Positions 10,673-19,173 of a stretch of DNA of 49,920 nucleotides are shown one piece after another; within the stretch, counting starts at the first letter, position 1; every line of letters starts with the position of its first letter. The notes beneath the pieces are model-generated. The model worked only from the letters and a program-made list of their open reading frames with translations. It was not told the origin of the DNA and made no database searches. This DNA comes from Patescibacteria group bacterium (GTDB taxonomy: Bacteria; Patescibacteriota; Minisyncoccia; Phycocordibacterales; GWA1-40-21): contig JAGWZI010000001.1 of assembly GCA_018968925.1 (NCBI GenBank), forward strand, positions 1-49,920, read 5' to 3'. The translations under genes were made by a program, and so were the position numbers.

Positions 10673-11893
10673 TCACTTCCCCGGCTTTTTCTTCTCCATC
10701 GGCACGTGCTTGAGAACGCGGAAAGCGCGCAGGCGCTCCGCCATCGATTCCATCTCATCGGTCGGAATGACGAGCACTTTCACCCGCGCATCCGCCGCGG
10801 CGATATCGGCCGCAACAGCGATCGCAGCGTCATTTGCCGGCCGATCAACGGTTACACCCATATATTTGAGTCCGTCGCAGATCTCGGCACGAACGGCCGC
10901 CGCCCGCTCGCCGATCGCGCCGGAGAAAACAAGTGCGTCAATGCCGCCCATTTCCGCCGCAAAGCCGCCGACGTATTTTTTCGCCGCCATGACAAATTTC
11001 TGGAACGCAAGCTTCGCCGCCGCATCGCCCGCCTTTGCCGCTTCGATGACATCGCGCATATCGCCGCTTTTCTTCGAAAGACCGAGCAAACCGCATTCGG
11101 TGTTCAGATACTCTTCCGTTTCCGCCGCATTCTTTTTCAATTTCCTGGCGAGATGGAACACCGCGACAGGATCGATGTTTCCAGCCCGCGTCGAGGTGAT
11201 GAGGCCTTCGAGCGGCGTATAGCCCATCGACGTATCGAAGCTTTTGCCGTTCTTGACCGCCGTAATGCTCGAGCCGCCGCCCAAATGACAGATGACGACA
11301 TTTGCGAAACGTGCGCCGCTTTTTGCAAGCTTCTCAACGATGGAACCGACGGAAATGCCGTGATAGCCGTAGTGATAGATCTCGAATTTGTCAGAAACGT
11401 CTTTCGGAATGGCGTAAAGCCGTGCAAAATCGGGCGCATTCTTATGGAACGCGCTGTCCGAGATGCCGACGATCGGCGTCTTCGGCAAAATGTTCCGCAG
11501 TTCGGCGATCTCGGCAAGGGTCCTCTTCACGTGGAGCGGCGCCTCGTCTTTCTCCTTCACGATGTGGTCCATGAAGAACGAGTCGATGATCCGGTCTTCC
11601 TGGAAGTACGTGCCGGGCGCCACGACGCGCACGCCGACTGACGATATCTCGTCGCGATTCGCGATGATCCCCTTCTTCTCGGCTTCGTCAAGAAAGCATT
11701 CGAGCGAATCATCAAAATCTTTCCCGGTGATTTTTTCCGTCCGCATATTCCCTTTCCGTCCAGAATCGTAGAAATCCACCGCCGGCTTGCCGCCATCGGT
11801 CTCGAAGTAGGCATAGAACAGCTCGGCAAGCTCCGAATAGATCGAATATTTCGCCGAAACCGAACCCGTATTGACGATGAGGTATTTTTTCAT
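10673..11893 (-). CDS. ackA: acetate kinase
   Basis: 406 aa with acetate/propionate kinase blocks: IVNTGSVSAKYS, ISDSAFH, YGYHGIS, CHLGGGSS, DTSMGYTPLEGLITSTRAGNIDP, FSGAIGE. Confidence 0.9.
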   Translation of the reverse strand: MKKYLIVNTGSVSAKYSIYSELAELFYAYFETDGGKPAVDFYDSGRKGNMRTEKITGKDFDDSLECFLDEAEKKGIIANRDEISSVGVRVVAPGTYFQEDRIIDSFFMDHIVKEKDEAPLHVKRTLAEIAELRNILPKTPIVGISDSAFHKNAPDFARLYAIPKDVSDKFEIYHYGYHGISVGSIVEKLAKSGARFANVVICHLGGGSSITAVKNGKSFDTSMGYTPLEGLITSTRAGNIDPVAVFHLARKLKKNAAETEEYLNTECGLLGLSKKSGDMRDVIEAAKAGDAAAKLAFQKFVMAAKKYVGGFAAEMGGIDALVFSGAIGERAAAVRAEICDGLKYMGVTVDRPANDAAIAVAADIAAADARVKVLVIPTDEMESMAERLRAFRVLKHVPMEKKKPGK

Positions 11894-11894
11894 G

Positions 11895-14321
11895 TTATTT
11901 TTTTCCTTTCCACTGCCATTTCAGGATTTCCTCCGGATCTTCGCCGTATTGCATGATGTAATCCTTGTGGTCGCGGATTTTCTGCTCGTACTTTTTCACG
12001 ATCGCATCCGCCTTGCCGCGCTCGATCACGCCGCGGTCGGCAAGCATCCGGACGGCTTCGGCGGCAAGATTCCACCGGTCGGTCTTGTTCCTGATATGGA
12101 GGTCGAGCGACGTCGTCGTCGAACCTGATTCAAGGTAGCCGTGCACGGAAAAGCGGTCGAGCGAATTGACGTAATAGAACAGGACCTGCTCCATGGTTTC
12201 CGGATAGCCGTGAAAATTGAAGATCGCCGGCTTGTCTTTTGTGAAATAATGCTCGAATTCCGCTTCGGTGATCTTGTTATGACCGTTTGCGGAATTCGGC
12301 GAGAGTTCGAGGATGTTCACGAACCTTACCTTCGCTTCCGGTGCCTCCTCTTTCAGGATCTCCACGGCGGCAAGCGCTTCCTTCACGAGATACTGCCCGC
12401 ATCCGGCAATAACAATGTCCGGGTTCTCATCGGAGGCGAAATCCCAGATCGACAGGCCTTTCGCGATCTCTTCCTTCGCCTCGCCGAACGTGCGCCAGAT
12501 CGGCTCGACGGTCTTCTCGGCAACGATAACATTCATCTCGTTCTTCGCCGAAAGGCATTTCTCCGCGACGAGCACCGCCTCGTGCATGTCCGCCGGGAAA
12601 TAGACGTTGATGAAATCATGCTTTTTCAAAAGAATGTCTGCGATGAAGCCGGGATTCTGATGCGAGAAGCCGTTGTGCTCCTGCCGCCAGCCGGACGAGG
12701 TGATGATGTACGTGAGGCCCGGAACATCGCCGCGCCAATCGGTCTTGCGCGCGATCTTCAAAAACTTGCTGTATTGCTCCGCCATGCTTGCCGCAACCAT
12801 GAGAAATGACTCATATGACGGAAAGACGGCAAAGCGGCCGGTCAGGGCGTAGCCTTGTGCCAAACCGTGCAGGGCGTTTTCGGACAGCATCTCGATGACG
12901 CGGCCGTCGCGGGCAAGATCGATGTCCCAATCCTGGATTTTCCCGGCGAATGCCCGCGGCGTCGCGGCAAAAATGTACTGCAAGCGGTTTGAATAGGTTT
13001 CGTCGGGCGAAAAGAGGCGGAAGTTGCGCCGATCATGGTTCGCATCGACGACCGCGCGGAAATATTGCCCCATCTGTATCATCGAGCTCGCCGTCGAGGC
13101 GCCGGCCGCTGAAATTTTCGCATCAAACGCCGAGATGTCCGGTAACAAGAGATCGCGCGACCGGTCGCCTTTCGGGATCCCGAATGCGGTCTTGTTTTCA
13201 CCCATGCGCAAACCCTCGCGCGGCACGTTCGCTTCGATATCTTTGATAAAACCCGTTTTTGCATTGAACAACTCCTCGAACTTGTACGACCGCATCCATG
13301 CGTCGAGCGCGGCAAGTTCCGCCGGATCGGTCTTCATTTCGCGGCCGACGACCTGGTGCGCAAAACAGTTGCCTTCGACCTTCGCGTCGAATTTTTTGCC
13401 GCGGCCTTCGATGTCCCAACTGTAAAGATGTTTGATACCGGTCCAGCCCTTCGGCGTCTTCAGAATGATCATGGGAAAACGGAAATAGTCCTCGAGCTTG
13501 CGGTTCGGATTCGCCCGCGCCTCTTTCTGGATCTTGCGGATGGACGCATAGGCCCGATCGAGCGCCTTGACCATGTCCGCGTAGACTTTGTCGTCGTATC
13601 CTTCGACGATCATCGGCTCGTAGCCGTAACCGCGGAAGAGCGAAAGCAAGTCTTCGTTCTTCATCCTGCCGAAAACGGTCGGTCCGGAGATTTTGTAGCC
13701 GTTCAAGTGAAGTATCGGCAAGACCGCGCCGTTTGTCGCCGGATCGATGAATTTTGACAGGTGCCACGCCGTGGCCGCGGTCGCCGTTTCCGCTTCGCCG
13801 TCGCCGACAAGGCATGTGACGATGAGGTCAGGATTGTCGAGTATCGCGCCATATGACGTGGCAAGCGAATAGCCGAGCTCGCCGCCTTCGAGGATCGCCC
13901 CCGGCGTCGCCGGCGAGACGTGGCTCGGGAACTGGTACGGCCAGGAGAAATTATGCATGATGTAGCCGATGCCTTTTTCGTCCTTCTTCGCCTCGGGATA
14001 ATATTTGGCGAGCGTTCCTTCGAGAAAGACGTTCGCCTGCACCGCCGGGAAACCGTGTCCCGGACCGAGGACAAAAAGCATGTTCGCGCCGGTCTTCACG
14101 ATGAGGTTATTCAAACAGGCATAGGTGAAGTTGATGCCCGGGCACGTGCCCCAGTGGCCGAGGAGTCGCGTTTTGATGTGGTCAAAAGTGAGCTTTTCCT
14201 TCAATAAAAAATTGCCTTCGAGATAGATCTGCCCCGCCGACAAATAATTCGCCGCGCGGACGTATTTCTTGATTCGCTCGATTTCAGCGTTCATATGGGA
14301 GAAGTATACCATCCGCTTCAT
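11895..14321 (-). CDS. xfp: xylulose-5-phosphate/fructose-6-phosphate phosphoketolase
   Basis: 808 aa with the classic N-terminus ANYLSAGQIYLEGNFLLKEKLTFDHIKTRLLGHWGTCPG and TPP-binding blocks (GDGEAETG-like LVGDGEAETA). Its stop is 1 nt upstream of the ackA ATG. The true start may be the ATG for M10. Confidence 0.95.
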   Translation of the reverse strand: MKRMVYFSHMNAEIERIKKYVRAANYLSAGQIYLEGNFLLKEKLTFDHIKTRLLGHWGTCPGINFTYACLNNLIVKTGANMLFVLGPGHGFPAVQANVFLEGTLAKYYPEAKKDEKGIGYIMHNFSWPYQFPSHVSPATPGAILEGGELGYSLATSYGAILDNPDLIVTCLVGDGEAETATAATAWHLSKFIDPATNGAVLPILHLNGYKISGPTVFGRMKNEDLLSLFRGYGYEPMIVEGYDDKVYADMVKALDRAYASIRKIQKEARANPNRKLEDYFRFPMIILKTPKGWTGIKHLYSWDIEGRGKKFDAKVEGNCFAHQVVGREMKTDPAELAALDAWMRSYKFEELFNAKTGFIKDIEANVPREGLRMGENKTAFGIPKGDRSRDLLLPDISAFDAKISAAGASTASSMIQMGQYFRAVVDANHDRRNFRLFSPDETYSNRLQYIFAATPRAFAGKIQDWDIDLARDGRVIEMLSENALHGLAQGYALTGRFAVFPSYESFLMVAASMAEQYSKFLKIARKTDWRGDVPGLTYIITSSGWRQEHNGFSHQNPGFIADILLKKHDFINVYFPADMHEAVLVAEKCLSAKNEMNVIVAEKTVEPIWRTFGEAKEEIAKGLSIWDFASDENPDIVIAGCGQYLVKEALAAVEILKEEAPEAKVRFVNILELSPNSANGHNKITEAEFEHYFTKDKPAIFNFHGYPETMEQVLFYYVNSLDRFSVHGYLESGSTTTSLDLHIRNKTDRWNLAAEAVRMLADRGVIERGKADAIVKKYEQKIRDHKDYIMQYGEDPEEILKWQWKGKK

Positions 14322-14409
14322 ACTTTTGTCATCGTGGAAAACTGATACTCCTTTCTTTTTTATTAAAAATATGTTTTAATGTCCGCCTTGCGCGCAAGCG
14401 CTTTTATTT

Positions 14410-16197
14410 ATGGAAATCCGCAACATCGCGATCATCGCCCACGTCGACCACGGCAAAACGACCCTCACGGACGCCATTTTGAAGCAGACCGGCATGGTCG
14501 CCGAGGGCGTGAGCATGGATTCGAACAAGCTCGAACAGGAGCGCGGCATTACCATTTACGCGAAAAACACCTCCATTTTCTACAAAGACACGAAGATCAA
14601 TATCGTGGACACGCCGGGTCACGCCGACTTCGGCTCCGAGGTTGAACGCGTGCTTCGCTCGATCGACACGGTCCTTCTCGTCGTCGACGCGCAGGAAGGC
14701 CCGATGCCGCAGACGCGCTTTGTCCTGAAGAAGTCGCTTGAACTGGGTCTCAAACCGATCGTCGTCATCAACAAGATCGACAAAGCCGCGGCGCGGCCGG
14801 CCGAGGTGCATGAAGAGGTGCTCGAGCTTTTCATGGAGCTCGGCGCGAACGACGCCCAGCTCGACTTCCCCGTCATCTATGCGATCGGCAGGAAAGGCGT
14901 GGCGATGAAGAATCTCTCCGACGAGCAGAAGGACCTCTCGCCGTTGCTCGACCTCATTCTCGAGAAAATCCCGTCCGCATCCACGGCGGAAAATCTGGCC
15001 ATGCCGTTCTCCGCACAGATCTTCAATCTCGCTTACGACAATTTCCTCGGCCGTATGGGCATCGCTCGCATCTACACCGGCACGGTCAAGGACGGCCAGA
15101 ACATTTTCGTGAAGAAATCGTCCGGCGAAACGAGAACCGCGCGCATCACCAAGCTCTATACCTTCAAAGGTTTGCAAAAGGAAGCGGTCGCCGAAGCGTC
15201 CGCGGGCGATATCGTCATGATCGCCGGCATCACGGACGCGTACATCGGCGAGACGATTTGCGCAACGGAAAACCAAACGCCGCTCCCGTCCATCAATATC
15301 GACGAGCCGACCATTTCCATGAACTTCCTCGTCAACGATTCGCCGTTTGCCGGGCGCGAAGGCAAATTCGTCACCGGACGGCAGATCCGCGAGCGGCTCG
15401 AGAAGGAACTCGAGGTGAACGTCGGCCTCAAGGTCGATTTCAACACCGAACCGATGACCGTTTACGGCCGCGGCGAGCTTCACATCGCAATCCTTGTCGA
15501 GAACATGCGCCGCGAAGGATTCGAGCTCCAGGTTTCCCAGCCGCAGGCCATCTTGAAAACTGTTGACGGCGTCGAGTCCGAACCGTTCGAGGAAGTGACG
15601 ATCGACGTGCCGGAAGAATTCCAAGGCACGGTCATCGAGAAGCTCGGCAAGCGCAAAGGCATCATGACCGACATGAAAGTGAAGGACAACCAGATCCGCA
15701 TGGTCTTTGACGTGCCGACGCGCGGTCTCTTGGGCTACCGCGGCGCGTTCATGGTGGATACGAAAGGTCTCGGCATCCTCGCGTCGCGCTTTGTCGGTTT
15801 CCGTCCGTACGCCGGCGAGATCCAGAAACAGGAATTCGGCTCGATGACGTCCATGATCACCGGCAAGGCGATGGCGTATTCGCTCTGGAATTTGCAGGAA
15901 CGCGGCGTCCTTTATATCGACGCGGCGACCGAAGTCTATGAGGGCATGGTCATCGGACATGTGCTGAACGGCGAAGACCTCGAAGTGAATCCGATCAAGA
16001 ACAAGAATCTCACGAACGTCCGCGCCTCTTCAAGCGACGAAGCCCTCTACCTTGTGCCGCCGTACAAGCTTGACATCGAGAAAGGTCTCGAGATCATGCG
16101 CGAGGACGAATACCTCGAGATCACGCCGAAATCCGTCCGTCTGCGCAAGAAATATTTGACGAAACAGGAACGCGACAAGAACGGGAGGAAGAAATAA
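14410..16197 (+). CDS. typA: translational GTPase TypA/BipA
   Basis: 595 aa with [42 protein letters not shown] and NKIDK, followed by EF-G-like domains. Confidence 0.95.
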   Translation: MEIRNIAIIAHVDHGKTTLTDAILKQTGMVAEGVSMDSNKLEQERGITIYAKNTSIFYKDTKINIVDTPGHADFGSEVERVLRSIDTVLLVVDAQEGPMPQTRFVLKKSLELGLKPIVVINKIDKAAARPAEVHEEVLELFMELGANDAQLDFPVIYAIGRKGVAMKNLSDEQKDLSPLLDLILEKIPSASTAENLAMPFSAQIFNLAYDNFLGRMGIARIYTGTVKDGQNIFVKKSSGETRTARITKLYTFKGLQKEAVAEASAGDIVMIAGITDAYIGETICATENQTPLPSINIDEPTISMNFLVNDSPFAGREGKFVTGRQIRERLEKELEVNVGLKVDFNTEPMTVYGRGELHIAILVENMRREGFELQVSQPQAILKTVDGVESEPFEEVTIDVPEEFQGTVIEKLGKRKGIMTDMKVKDNQIRMVFDVPTRGLLGYRGAFMVDTKGLGILASRFVGFRPYAGEIQKQEFGSMTSMITGKAMAYSLWNLQERGVLYIDAATEVYEGMVIGHVLNGEDLEVNPIKNKNLTNVRASSSDEALYLVPPYKLDIEKGLEIMREDEYLEITPKSVRLRKKYLTKQERDKNGRKK

Positions 16198-16281
16198 CTG
16201 GAATTTGACAATATGAAATATTTCCACTACCTTAGTAGGTAGAATGTAACAGGAAATAATTCTGCATTTCAGGAGGATCCC

Positions 16282-16512
16282 GTGGGCACATTGACCTGTT
16301 TGGCTCTCATTGTCATTTTGCCGTTTGTATTTGCTATCTTCGGATTTGGTTTTCAGCTTCAGCTGATAGACGATCGAAATGGCTGGGTGAAAATGAGCGG
16401 GTTTCAAAAGATCGGTGGCATTTTGGTTGCATTGGCCATTATTATCTTTTGGCTCTTCCTTATCCTTAGAGTTTTCTATCTTGTGATACTGTTCCTCTAC
16501 AAAATAATTTGA
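16282..16512 (+). CDS. small two-TM membrane peptide (orphan, AT-rich)
   Basis: 76 aa with a GTG start preceded by GGAGG (16272..16276) at 5-nt spacing. It has two hydrophobic helices, is followed by a strong terminator, and its G+C is visibly lower than the neighbours. Confidence 0.55.
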   Translation: MGTLTCLALIVILPFVFAIFGFGFQLQLIDDRNGWVKMSGFQKIGGILVALAIIIFWLFLILRVFYLVILFLYKII

Positions 16513-16517
16513 AGGAC

Positions 16518-16557
16518 AAAAGCCGATTCCTTTTGAAAGGAAAATCGGCTTTTTTTT
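16518..16557 (+). terminator. rho-independent terminator
   Basis: aaagccgattcctttt-ga-aaggaaaatcggct followed by an 8-T run. Confidence 0.7.
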
Positions 16558-16584
16558 CAGGTACTTTTCTGCTACACTGTTTCC

Positions 16585-17682
16585 ATGTCAGACAAAGAAA
16601 GCAAGCAAAAACTCTCCACCGAACCGTACAAAGGCGTGCGGGATTTTTATCCTGACGACATGGCGGTCGAGAATTATATTTTTTCCGTCTGGCGGAAAAC
16701 CGCCGAAAGTTTCGGCTATCAGGAATACGGCGCATCCGTCCTCGAGCCGACCGAGCTCTACAAGGCGAAATCGGGCCAGGAGATCATCAACGAACAAACG
16801 TATTCCTTCACCGACCGCGGCGAGCGCGACGTGACGCTCCGCCCGGAAATGACGCCGACCGTGGCCCGCATGATCGCCGCGAAGCGCAAGGAGCTCCGTT
16901 TCCCGATCCGCTGGTACTCGATCCCGAACCTCTTCCGCTATGAGAAGCCCCAGCGTGGTAGATTGCGGGAATTCTACCAGTTCAACGCGGACATCTTCGG
17001 CCTCGACCGCATGCAAGCCGATATGGAAATGGTCATGCTCGCCTACCAGATCATGAAGAGTTTCGGTCTGAACGACAAGCAATTCGAGATCCGCATCAAC
17101 GTCGGCGTGAATGCGACGAAACAGGACGCGGAAACTTTGATGAAAAAGCTCGCGGCTGTCGGCATCAAGAACGCCCGTTTTGACGAGGAAATCGTCCGCG
17201 GCATGGAATATTACACTGGCATCACCTTTGAAATGTACGATACCGGAAAAGACAATCCCCGCGCCCTTTTCGGCGGCGGCAGATATGACAACCTGCTCGA
17301 TATCTTCGGCGAGGAAAAGGTTCCGGCGACCGGCTTCGGCATGGGCGATGTCGGCATCAAAAATGTGCTTGAAACTTACAATCTTCTACCGCAAATTCCC
17401 GCTCCGGCCGACCTATATCTGTGCCCCATGTCCGAAAAAGAAATTGAATATGCGGAAAAGCTTGCTCAAAACATCCGTGATGCGGGCGCACGGGTCATCG
17501 TCGACTATTCCGGCAAGAAAGTCGGCGAACAGATCAAATACGCCGACAAGAGCCGCATCCCGTTCGTGGCGGTCATCGGCGAGAATGAGACGAAGACCGG
17601 CACGTTCAAAATAAAAAACCTCTCAAGCGGCACTGAAACCGAAGCGACCGCGAAAACCGCGGCAAGCGTCATCCTGCAATGA
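16585..17682 (+). CDS. hisS: histidyl-tRNA synthetase (compact form)
   Basis: 365 aa with class II motifs LRPEMTP and RGRLREFYQFNADIFG, the His-specific blocks MEYYTG and GGGRYD, and motif 3 GFGMGD. A C-terminal anticodon-binding domain is present, and the insertion domain is shortened. Confidence 0.85.
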   Translation: MSDKESKQKLSTEPYKGVRDFYPDDMAVENYIFSVWRKTAESFGYQEYGASVLEPTELYKAKSGQEIINEQTYSFTDRGERDVTLRPEMTPTVARMIAAKRKELRFPIRWYSIPNLFRYEKPQRGRLREFYQFNADIFGLDRMQADMEMVMLAYQIMKSFGLNDKQFEIRINVGVNATKQDAETLMKKLAAVGIKNARFDEEIVRGMEYYTGITFEMYDTGKDNPRALFGGGRYDNLLDIFGEEKVPATGFGMGDVGIKNVLETYNLLPQIPAPADLYLCPMSEKEIEYAEKLAQNIRDAGARVIVDYSGKKVGEQIKYADKSRIPFVAVIGENETKTGTFKIKNLSSGTETEATAKTAASVILQ

Positions 17683-18254
17683 AGAAAATCGTCTTTGATA
17701 TCGAAACGTCGAACGACTTCATCACCGCCGGTTCGAGCGATCCGGCCGCGCTCGACATGTCCTGCGTCTGCATCTACGATTATGAGACCGATGCATATTC
17801 CTCGTTCACCCAGGAAAATTTGAAAGACCTCTGGCCGATCCTCGAGAAAGCGGATCTTTTGATCGGCTTCAACAGCGACCATTTCGATATTCCCGTCCTC
17901 AACAAATATTACGCCGGCGATCTGTCAAAAATAAAATCGCTCGATCTTTTGAAAGAAGTGAGGAATTCCCTCGGCCGGCGCATCAAGCTCGATACCATCG
18001 CCGAAGCGACGCTTGGCCGGAACAAGACCGGTCACGGCATGGACGCGATCATTTGGTGGAAAAACGGCGAGAAGCAGAAGGTCATCGACTACTGCATTGA
18101 GGACGTGCGGATCACCAAAGACGTCTATGAATACGCCTTGAAAAACAAGTCTCTGAAATATACGGACGGCAAGGACGTGAAGGAAATGAGGATCGATACG
18201 TCGAAATGGGATGAAAAGGAGGGATCGGCGATGACGTTCACCTTGCCCTTCTAG
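17679..18254 (+). CDS. DEDD-type 3'-5' exonuclease (RNase H-like fold, PolB-exo/YprB-like)
   Basis: 191 aa with FDIET (ExoI), GFNSDHFDIPVL (ExoII) and DYCIEDVRITKDVY (ExoIII). A 4-nt ATGA overlap with the hisS stop is present. Confidence 0.7.
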   Translation: MKKIVFDIETSNDFITAGSSDPAALDMSCVCIYDYETDAYSSFTQENLKDLWPILEKADLLIGFNSDHFDIPVLNKYYAGDLSKIKSLDLLKEVRNSLGRRIKLDTIAEATLGRNKTGHGMDAIIWWKNGEKQKVIDYCIEDVRITKDVYEYALKNKSLKYTDGKDVKEMRIDTSKWDEKEGSAMTFTLPF

Positions 18255-19172
18255 CTATTTCAAATATTTTGCCACGTTTGTATTCTGTTCGTTGAGCGTT
18301 TTCGCATAGTGGATATTCCCCTGTTTGTCACTGATGAAATAAAGGTATTTTGACGGTGTCGGGTACAGTGCGTCGGTGATGGCGGACAGGCCGGGATTGC
18401 CGATCGGTGCGGGCAGGCCGCGCTTTTGGTAGGTCTCGGGCGCAGAATCGACCTGGAGCGGCATGCCGATCGAGAGGCGCTTCCAGAGGATTCCGGCAAT
18501 GAGCTTCATGTCGGAATCGGTCCTCGCTTCGCCTTCGAGAACGGAGGCCATGGCGACGATATCGGCGAGCGGATGGCCGGATGTCGCGATCGCGCCCTCA
18601 AGCGGGGCGGTTTTCTCGTCGAAGGTCTGCCGCATCAGACCGATCGTATCGCTCGCGGTCGCGTTCGGCAGGAAAAGATACGTGTCGGGAAAAAGATACC
18701 CTTCGAGATTCCCGGATTTTATCCCGGCGAGAAAATCATCCGATTTGAAATCCTTCAGGGCTTTCGCAAGGATGGCGCTTTCCTCCGCGGCGGAAGAGCC
18801 TTCCGGAATCGTCACCCGTACCGGAGCGATATCGAAGTCGCCGTGCGAGAAGCGCCACGCGAGAACGAGGACATTCTCAGGCTTCGCGAGCGCGTAATCG
18901 CCTGCGAGCGTCTTCCGGTTAGCAAGTGAAAAAATATAGACGAACGTTTTGAACCAATACGGCGAGCGGATGGCTCCCATATCCGCAAGCCCGTGGGCGG
19001 TCTTGGTGTACGTCTCTCCCGGTTTTACCTCATACACAGAACCTGAGGGAAATCCCGCCGGAACTGACCAGAAAAACGCGTAAAAAAGGACAAAAACAAA
19101 AACGCAAAGAAAAGCGATGATTTCTTTTGCACACCATCGAGCGCAGCTTTTTTGTTCGGAGACGGGAGGCAT
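18255..19172 (-). CDS. mltG: endolytic murein transglycosylase MltG (YceG-like)
   Basis: From the ATG at 19172: an N-terminal TM, then LEGYLFPDTYLF, GMPLQVDS, LPAPIGNPG and YLYFISD. The upstream part of the track ORF (to 19277) overlaps the preceding gene and is rejected. Confidence 0.85.
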   Translation of the reverse strand: MPPVSEQKSCARWCAKEIIAFLCVFVFVLFYAFFWSVPAGFPSGSVYEVKPGETYTKTAHGLADMGAIRSPYWFKTFVYIFSLANRKTLAGDYALAKPENVLVLAWRFSHGDFDIAPVRVTIPEGSSAAEESAILAKALKDFKSDDFLAGIKSGNLEGYLFPDTYLFLPNATASDTIGLMRQTFDEKTAPLEGAIATSGHPLADIVAMASVLEGEARTDSDMKLIAGILWKRLSIGMPLQVDSAPETYQKRGLPAPIGNPGLSAITDALYPTPSKYLYFISDKQGNIHYAKTLNEQNTNVAKYLK

Positions 19173-19173
19173 G

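Noticed and set aside
14386-14397. 12-bp perfect palindrome CTTGCGCGCAAG, 12 nt upstream of the typA ATG
   Set aside because: It is a single occurrence, short and GC-rich. It could be a 5'-UTR hairpin or chance, and there is no second half-site or known motif to support calling it an operator.
14404-15960. 518-aa minus-strand ORF
   Set aside because: It is antisense to typA, whose GTPase motifs are unmistakable. The product is Arg/Asp/His-rich with no family resemblance.
16585-17682. Alternative reading of the short HisRS-like gene as HisZ (the ATP-PRT regulatory subunit)
   Set aside because: HisZ lacks the anticodon-binding domain. This protein has a clear C-terminal anticodon-binding domain and intact motif 3 and His-specific GGGRYD blocks, and no his-biosynthesis genes are nearby.
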